Source of the DNA: Octopus bimaculoides
Taxonomy: Eukaryota
NCBI RefSeq assembly: GCF_001194135.2
Contig: NC_068981.1
Span: 14,339,186 to 14,403,185 of the forward strand
DNA: 64,000 nt
Direction: 5' to 3'
Below the pieces are notes generated by a model. The model made no database searches. It was given only the letters and a program-made list of their open reading frames with translations, and was not told the DNA's origin. The position numbers and the translations under genes are program-made. Below, piece after piece: positions 55,512-64,000 of the stretch. Numbering within the stretch: position 1 is the stretch's first letter; each line of letters begins with the position of its first letter.

Positions 55512-55865
55512 ATTATTATAATTTGTATATATTTTATTATAAATGCAAAACAACACCACGGAGGAATTGACGTAAGCTTGAATAATATATTGCGATAAGT
55601 AAACCGTGATAGGTGAACCGCGATATGACGAGGGATTATTGTATATACATAGCCATCATTGCATATATCTATAATTATACAAGTGAGTTGTTGACTGACT
55701 TCAACTTCGAAGCATCGGCTAGCTAACATGAAAGAAAAACATTGATATATATATCATTACATACAGACGGGTGCACACACGGTCGAACGCACATACTCAC
55801 ACACACACATGTATACGCGCCTAAACACACGCATGCTAACACATATACATATACACACATTACGT

Positions 55866-55907
<42 letters not shown>

Positions 55908-56877
55908 AACAGTGAAAGAGAGAGACACACACTGATAACATAAATACTATTTATAACTGTTTCAGCCCGAGGTGGTGACCATGCTTAGACTTTTGTTCTG
56001 TTGTGATTTGTGATTTATATATTATTTAATTCCATTCAGGCCTTTCCTCCTAAGTCTTCTTTTTTTAGTGAGGGAGCTGGATATCACCGCCCACATTTTG
56101 CCTTCATGATGCTTCACGTGTGTGTGTGTGTGCGCGTGCGCACGCCTGTACGTGCGTGTGCGACTGTATGTGTGTGTTTATACCAATACATAGTTCGGTT
56201 AAACGAACGAAAGCGCTAATAAAGCATTATCCAAAATTATGACTGCCTCCTTTTTCTCAATATATAATATCTGTACACCACTTCAGACACTGTATACACA
56301 CACACACACATACACACACACACACATACACACACACACACACAAATATAAGTGTGTTTCGTGTGTTTGTTCATCCATAACACACATATCCACATACGCA
56401 TATATACTGCAAATATGTTCTTATCTTTATAGATAAGGCACATGCATACGTATCAGTTATATTGGAACTATGGTCTTGGAAACACTTGAATAAAATAGAA
56501 ATATAATGCAACAAATACTGTAATGAAGAACTGTTGGTTTAAGCTTTCCAGGCTTCGAAGATCGTATATGTTACAGATAGAAAATTTTCCTCAGAAAAAT
56601 ACTGCAAAAATTGTTTATTGAAAGATATCTGTATTATCTATATTACACACGTCATGTTCCCCACCTCTGCTCTCTCTCTCACACATATACACGCGTGAAT
56701 GTGTCTCTGCGTTCTGCGTGTGTGTATGTGTGGTTGTGTATAATGTATATCATTATAAAATTAGCGCTTTACGTTTTTTGGTTTGATGCAATACTATGTA
56801 ATATATTGTATTTGATTAGGATGGAATTACTCATGAAAAGGAAATTATAAAAAAGTAAATAAAATATATATAATGTG

Positions 56878-56906
56878 TATTTAATTAATTAATTAATTAA
56901 TTAATC
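56878..56906. repeat. (TTAA)n palindromic microsatellite
   Basis: Direct reading. Confidence 0.85.
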
Positions 56907-57930
56907 AGTTAAGTAAAACATTAATAGAGTGTATTAAATAAAAGTCGTGTAGAAAGGTAGAAAAGTAAATATATACATCTCTAATTTACTAGACGTATTG
57001 TAATGCTGTATCTACAGGGAGACGCATATTATCTGTGAATTTCAGAGAGGTAGTAGCTAGGGTAATGTAGAACGTGCCAATAGACAGACAGAAACAAAGA
57101 AGATAGAAGGAAATCGATAAAAGAAGCGCAACAAAGTGAAAGCTAACTCTATTCGTGGTTGTGCTCATGAAGGCGACAGAGGAAGTCAGCATCAGTGACT
57201 GACACAGGCCTTGCTCTTCTACCCAATAGACACGCTTTTGTTGATCTGTAAACAGAGGATTTCATATTTTGTTAATGGCTTTTCTTACACAGTCAGGACT
57301 AAAATTTGTCTTGTAATGTTTGCTTTTGTTTTTGTTATAGTCGTTCTTCTGCTTGAATACGTATGTGTGTGTGACTATATGTATGCATATGATCAATGAA
57401 CTTATATAGATATTACTGCCGTGTTTTTACAGCGAGCAGCTGCAGTAAAGATTACTTTGACCATTTTGATGTTTTATTTTTTGTATGCTTTAGTCATTTG
57501 CGTTGATGTTTTTTTTTTTTTTTTTTTTTTTACAGAATTCTTATAAATATTTCTTTAAGCAATGGAAGAGTATGTCAATGCCGATGGTAGGCGGTAACAG
57601 TTGTGTTAGTATCAGCAGTGTTATGTATGTATGTTGTGAGTCTTAACGTAATTTTTGTGGTGGAGATATGGGGGTTTCTGTGGTTATTCTAGTTCTCACC
57701 TCCTCCCCGCATCTTTTGGCAATACTAGTGATGTTGCTATAATGACAGTGAGCATGGTGGCGGTTTCTAATGGAGGTATATATCTAATTTACTTCTGCTA
57801 CTATAAGAAGCAGCATTAATGTCAATGTGTGTCGTACGTTAGAAGATAAGCTGACAGTGATTAGAATCAACAAGACCGTTTCGATCCTGGTCGAATTAAT
57901 AATGCTTCGAAGATGATCATGTGACTCACA

Positions 57931-57931
<1 letters not shown>

Positions 57932-58001
<70 letters not shown>

Positions 58002-58010
58002 TAATAATAA
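57932..58010. repeat. (AAT)n microsatellite
   Basis: Direct reading. Confidence 0.95.
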
Positions 58011-58550
58011 TAGCAGTAGTAGTAATACAGATTTATGTTTACTGCAGATAGCATTTCTTTCCAATGAAAAACGTAGAATTGCTTCCTCTATGTTTACTTT
58101 TCGACTCTTTCAATGTATAATTTTAAATTCTATATAATATCACATTCACCAGAAATGGTATCAGTCATATCACTGAGATCATCGCAATTACAGGAACATT
58201 TGAGTAGTATTACACCAAACTACATATTATATGTTTGTGCTGCTTAAACAGTGGCCATCACAGTTAAGTAAAAATACAAGGAAATATATAACATAACACC
58301 CAAGAGTATTCTCTCTTCCTTAGTACAGGAGAGAAGCTATAGTTAAAGCCAATGATATTTGGTTTCCATTTCTAGCATCTAGATCGACCAGGTAGAGGCT
58401 CCTGATGATTTTTAAAAGTCTAGAGAAGTAGAATATCATTCACTGTTGCAGGAAAGTAATGCTGATTATAGGGTGGTAGCAGTTTTGCAAATACAGTTAC
58501 GTTGCTGCATGTACACACAATACATCTATCCATCCATCCACCCCCAAACG

Positions 58551-58772
58551 CACGAGGGGTATTCATTTAAAGATTTCCCCTAACCCACTTCCGGTTCCAG
58601 GCGCAACCTACCGACTTCTACAGATGGGGTGTTCACGGCTACATAAAGCGATGGGAGTAGTGTGTCACTAGTGGTGGTGACTATGTAGAGAAGGACTAAT
58701 AATTATGCCATGTTTCATTTATGCCAGTCCTTGAGAAGGTCAGGGATAAACCTCTTCTGAGCACCCCTCGTA
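58551..58772. mobile_element. Mariner-derived MITE (~220 bp)
   Basis: Imperfect TIRs CACGAGGGGTATTCA... and (reverse complement) TACGAGGGGTGCTCA...; TA at the right end. Confidence 0.65.
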
Positions 58773-58807
58773 CATATATAGATACTAAAACATGGATATG
58801 CATCTTT

Positions 58808-58848
<41 letters not shown>

Positions 58849-58999
58849 NNNNNNNNNNNNNNNNNNNNNNNNNNNNNNNNNNNNNNNNNNNNNNNNNNNN
58901 NNNNNNNNNNNNNNNNNNNNNNNNNNNNNNNNNNNNNNNNNNNNNNNNNNNNNNNNNNNNNNNNNNNNNNNNNNTATATATATATAAACTTAGATAAAT

Positions 59000-59250
59000 T
59001 AGATTGTTTTCGGCCATTGTAGGCCCAGGCCATGCTAAAATTAATGGCACTACTTGGAGATGAATCTTAAGTCATGTTTCAGGATTCCATTGACTGGTCG
59101 TGCAAATTGTTGTTTTTGTCAGTCTGGTACTGTTTGGAGAATGTGTGCACTCAAGATAGGGTTGCTCTCGACAATTACGCTCAGGTATCTGATATTATTC
59201 GACAGTGTGTGTAAGGATATTCACGAGTAGAATGAGAACACATAGTCCAG
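59000..59250 (-). mobile_element. Possible decayed 3' end of a CR1-like LINE
   Basis: Minus strand contains ACAGTACCAGAC (TVPD motif) followed by AGCATGGCC-like tail sequence; weak. Confidence 0.3.
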
Positions 59251-60076
59251 TACAAAGCGAGGTATAATCCGGTCGTCGTCGATTAAATGTGTACCCCACG
59301 ACGTTTTCCTAGTGATGAAGAGATAATTGAAGTCTAGCTGGGAAAACGGCATTGACTGCCAAAATAGTAGACGCACTAAACAGATTTTGCGCATATACAG
59401 TACATTAATTCTTGTGGATTATCTGTATAGGAGAAAAAAAAGCACTTATGCAAAACATGAATATCAAGATGTTGGTCGTCACATCCAGTGATAAACGTGT
59501 GTGAGTGAAGCTGTTCTACCTGAAAAGTAATTAATGGTCTACACAAGGTTCACTCATAATAATTAATTCACATAGTGGAAAGGGTGGAGAAAGTTCTGTG
59601 TTGATAGGAAATAGTGGAACGTACTGCCTTGTCAAGTTGGGTAGACGTAGGCAGCTTGGGATATAGTTCGCTTCTGTTCAAAGTTATGCTGCTGAAAACA
59701 TACGGCAGCTTCTCCATCAGAAAGCAGGCTATTCTGCCGAGAGAACATCTCACTTGTTCACCAAGAAACACCAACAAAGACTAAAATAGTTCTTGGACTG
59801 GCCATTGACATTTTGGCAGTATTGGAACACACACATTCTAAGGGATGCAATATTCGAACATGTTGACATACGGCACCAACGCGCAAACATGCACATACGT
59901 GCATGCATATGTTTATTTATATGCATACATACATTTATACTTATATATATATTCATGTATATATATATATATATATATATAGATATGGGAGAATATACAA
60001 AAAATAACAACAGACGAGGACAGGTGGTGTAAATAACAAAAGTATATATTAGTATGACGCTCGGGAATACGGAAAG

Positions 60077-60113
60077 TCTTTGACGTTTCGAGCTACGCTC
60101 TTCAACAGAAAGA
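60077..60113 (-). ncRNA. Minimal type I hammerhead ribozyme motif, variant core (A6U)
   Basis: Minus strand UCUUU CUGUUGA A GAGC-GUA-GCUC GAAAC GUC^AAAGA: 5-bp stem I, 4-bp stem II, palindromic ACGU stem III, GUC cleavage triplet. Confidence 0.6.
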
Positions 60114-60414
60114 ATACGGAGACAAGGAGAAAAACACGGAGAAAAAAAATTGAATAGTGTTCAGTCAACGTTCAATCATAATAATGGCNNNNNNNNNNTA
60201 TATATATATATATGCATATATACATATAAATGTATATGCTTATATATATGTGTGTGTGTGCCTGTGTGTAAATACATGGGTAAATATCAATGTATGTATA
60301 CATATGTAAATATGTATGTATATACACATATACTCACACATATATTCACAGTGTTGATCAACAGATACCTATTACGTAACTAAATATATGTAGACTTGTG
60401 TAGGTGTGTCTGTG

Positions 60415-60465
<51 letters not shown>

Positions 60466-61276
60466 GGTATGTCAGGAATTTAGAGAAAGCGTGAAAGCAA
60501 TTTGCTCCCAGTGATATATAATAGTAATGGAAGAATACATCTGTTAAAAATATCAACAATTTCAGCTGATGGCGTGATGCATAACAGTGTAGCTACATAC
60601 GACAGAGCGTATTTCGTTGTTTAGCCTGCAAACCACTTCGATTTATGATTGTTATTATTAGATAGGAGTGAAAGTGTTCCCTTATATATTATATAATCTC
60701 TGACACTAAGATCAGTCAGCACATACCGCTTTGATTTTTGTCTCTATACATTCCAACGTATGCGTCCTATATTCTTTGCTATGTTAAAACTGCGCACCAG
60801 TTCATGAGGATAGATTAGATTGCATTAAGCTGAACAACGATCGATTGTTTCTGCACAATATCCCACAAAATTACAATTTTATCTGTTGAAAAATTGTTGT
60901 GTGAATAAATCAAGGTGAATGGAATAGGAAACCCGTGATGCTGCCATTTCCTACATCGAAGATGGCACGTAGAAGACAATTGATAGTGAGCCGGTTTGCG
61001 CATGGGTATATAATGAAATCACAAAGTAGCACAAACGTATACACAATGGAAAAATAACCATATTTGTTGTCCTAAATATAATATATTATTACATCATATA
61101 TATGTGTGTGTGTATGTGTGTGTGTGTGTGTGTGTGAGTAGGTGTGTATACACACATATACATACCTATATATATATATATATATATACACATACATACC
61201 TATATGTATATGCACATAATACATATATACATGCATGCATGTATATATAAATACACATACCTATATGTATATGCAC

Positions 61277-61315
<39 letters not shown>

Positions 61316-61321
<6 letters not shown>

Positions 61322-61611
61322 ACTTGGGGATGGTCATATTGCCAGTTTAGCCAATAAAAACACACGCACTGTATATTTGGTGTTAATTTTTTTTTTCAGC
61401 TTTATATTACATTAATCTTAATCTTAATCTTATTTCGGCCAGAGTTCTTTCGTCACACTTCTGTGACCTCATCAGTGGTCCTTTGTTTCCTTCTTTCTTA
61501 TGTGTGTCTCACCTTGCTAACTATCAGCCATTTTGTATTTTGAGGAATACAAAATACAAAATGGCTGATAGTTAGCAAGGTGAGACACACATAAGAAAGA
61601 AGGAAACAAAG
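61316..61611 (-). mobile_element. Probable Penelope-like element terminal-repeat remnant carrying a hammerhead motif and an inverted repeat
   Basis: Inferred from the minimal hammerhead plus an inverted duplication, both known features of Penelope-like elements. No RT or GIY-YIG ORF seen. Confidence 0.45.
61437..61481 (-). ncRNA. Minimal type I hammerhead ribozyme motif, intact core
   Basis: Minus strand GGACCA CUGAUGA G GUCAC-AGAAGU-GUGAC GAAAG AA CUC^UGGCC: conserved CUGAUGA and GAAA, 5-bp stem II, 2-bp stem III, stem I of 5 bp with one bulge, NUH triplet CUC. Confidence 0.8.
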
Positions 61612-61815
61612 NNNNNNNNNNNNNNNNNNNNNNNNNNNNNNNNNNNNNNNNNNNNNNNNNNNNNNNNNNNNNNNNNNNNNNNNNNNNNNNNNNNNNNNNN
61701 NNNNNNNNNNNNNNNNNNNNNNNNNNNNNNNNNNNNNNNNNNNNNNNNNNNNNNNNNNNNNNNNNNNNNNNNNNNNNNNNNNNNNNNNNNNNNNNNNNNN
61801 NNNNNNNNNNNNNNN

Positions 61816-61873
<58 letters not shown>

Positions 61874-62309
61874 GCCTGTGTATATATACATACACATGCA
61901 TATATATGTATACACATAGATATATATACGTATATACATACATGATTATAGCTATTTTCAACTTTTCCTTTCGCTTCTCAAGGCTTTTGGTTTTTATTTA
62001 TTCTTTACTCTGATGAAGCTCCATGGTTCAGATCTGTTTTATTACCAAATATGATAAATATTTTTTTGCATATCAATGGCAATGCCATACAACACTGGAA
62101 ACAGAAACGGCTGTTAGATAGGATGTAGTCCATTTGAATTGTATTAATGAATGGTAATTAATCAAGAGGATGCGTTATAACACTCTTCCACATATAGACA
62201 AACAGGCGTACCAACAATGCAACATAATGAAATCCAATATTGTTGCTTATCAATATTTCTCCATTTTCTGTTTTCTTTATACATACATACGTGTGTGTCT
62301 GTGTGTACA

Positions 62310-63860
62310 CAGCTAGGAATCGCACGCAAGTGTGTTATTTCTTGCTGCATGATGACTGGTGGCATGGACATGACGGAACAAACTGCCGCTTCCTGCATCC
62401 GAAACCATTTAACAGGCAGACCCAACGCAAAAGCCTCCCTCCAAAAGACACAGGAAGAACAGAAAGAAGAAATCGTGCATCACCTGCCTGAAAGCTAAAA
62501 CACACCGACGAATTGCACATTATCTAATATCAGATCACAAAATGATTATAAACACGTGTTCTCTAGGGAGAGGAAGGTTATTATGAGACAAAAATTGCAA
62601 ACTGCCTCAACAGTGTTACTCAACGGTGGTATGAAAACCCGCCTGGAAACAGCACTTTTGAAGATTGAGAAACAACTGAAGCACTCCCATAAGAATGAAA
62701 GATCAGACAGAGAAGCCTGTGTCATAAGAATTATAAAAATAGACCTTAAAGCTTTCTTTACGTGCGCCAAGTAGACTGCCTCTGTGCATTTCAGGGTAGG
62801 CCAGTCCTCCAAAATAGATGGCTCTATCAAAGAGATAGAAGTCAGGTAGTGGGTGTCAATAGGGCCAACTCCAAGAAAACACAAATTATAAGTAATGTTC
62901 CAGAGGGAACTGTTCTGCGGCCCTTGCTATTCATAGTGGCTCTCTCTGATATGCCCTCCGCTGCTTAAACATATACTCGTTAGCTATGCAGACGATACAA
63001 AAGTCTCTGAGATCATACGGAACCCTGAAGACGTTGTGCATCTGTAACGTGAATTGGACGAAATGTACAGGAAAATAGCATGTAATTTAATGGTAGAAAA
63101 TTCCAAACCCAGCGCTCCCAACACGGGAACCTCAATGAAAATCAGATAGGATGCATTGGCCCAGCAGGGATTTCAATCCGCGAATCAAAATCAATGCATT
63201 ACCTGGTCATCGATATCAATAGTGATGCATCTTTCCAGGTACACATTAGCAATAACATCCAGACGTCCGGTCGCGTGGCTCCTTCGAGCTTTCAAAATAC
63301 GAGAAAAGGAAACCATGATGGTCCTCTGGAGAACATTACTTCACATACGTCTTCATAACTGTTCCCAACTGTGGTTACAAAACATAGTAAAAGTAAAGAC
63401 TGAACTCGAGGTCATCCAGCGATACAATGCGACATATCAGCTATTGGGAGATACTAAAAGAGTGAAGAACCTACTCCATGGAGGGCGGGAAAGATATGCA
63501 GCAATATACATCTGTAAAGTTCTAGAAAAAACTGTTTCAAACTTTGGCATTGTTAATTACTCAAACAGTGGATTGGGCGGTACTACATGATACCAAAAGT
63601 CTCAATAGTTCAATCAAGATACAGGACTATAAACTGCAACAACCTGAAGGCGACAACTCTTCAATATCCTCCCACAAACCCTGAGAGACCTGTAGGCTTT
63701 TTGAATACAAAACTGTAAACAGTTCCGGATGAAGCTGCCACTAGTCACGAAACACAGCTCAAGGCAGCAACGTCAAACTCCATCCACCAAATGTCACATA
63801 GCAGAGAAGGTTTCGTGAAAGGGTAGCAAAGTAAAAGGCGGTGCCCCAGCATGGCCGCAT
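62310..63860 (+). mobile_element. Internally deleted CR1/L2-like LINE: ORF1 zinc-finger remnant, ORF2 fragments and 3' UTR
   Basis: VCYFLLHDDW.HGHDGTNCRFLHPKP (decayed CCCH-like finger); KIEKQLKHSHKNER...IKIDLKAFF..AK; SNVPEGTVLRPLLFIVALSDMP and SYADDTK (RT); AWLLRAFKIREKETMMVLWRTL; 3' tail AAGGCGGTGCCCCAGCATGGCCGCA. Confidence 0.88.
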
Positions 63861-64000
63861 TCCTTATACACATATATTCAAATATGTATATGTCTATATG
63901 CATACACATATACACATACATATATACATCCATATCCATACACATATATACATACATCCATATGTATACGCATATATACACATCCATATGTATATATATA

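Noticed and set aside
59690-59790. IRQLLHQKAGYS...HLFT resembling a mariner linker
   Set aside because: No TIR or catalytic motifs nearby.
63726-63760. CGGATGAA...GAAAC hammerhead-like spacing
   Set aside because: Core mismatched, no stem II pairing, and it coincides with the VPDE coding motif of the LINE.

Overview
AT-rich, repeat-dense eukaryotic DNA from a gapped draft assembly; most N-gaps abut (TA)n or other dinucleotide runs. The SINE families resemble those I recall from octopus genomes (inference; no search was run). No complete protein-coding gene can be identified, and nearly all supplied ORFs are artefacts of gaps, microsatellites or antisense reading of TE remnants. Supported content: many tRNA-derived SINE copies from at least 3 families; decayed LINEs (R4/Dong-like, RTE, CR1/L2-like); mariner, hAT and probable Academ (XPG-type) DNA-transposon remnants; microsatellites; and a few small candidate exons of an unidentified gene. 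The most notable signals are two minimal type I hammerhead ribozyme motifs on the minus strand (61437-61481 with an intact core, 60077-60113 with one core substitution). The first abuts a perfect 62-bp inverted repeat that runs into a gap. Also notable: a 12-copy tandem array of a SINE promoter head (50973-51308), a mariner composite made of two inward-facing 5' ends (27828-28702), and a 25-nt 3' tail shared by a LINE and a SINE family.
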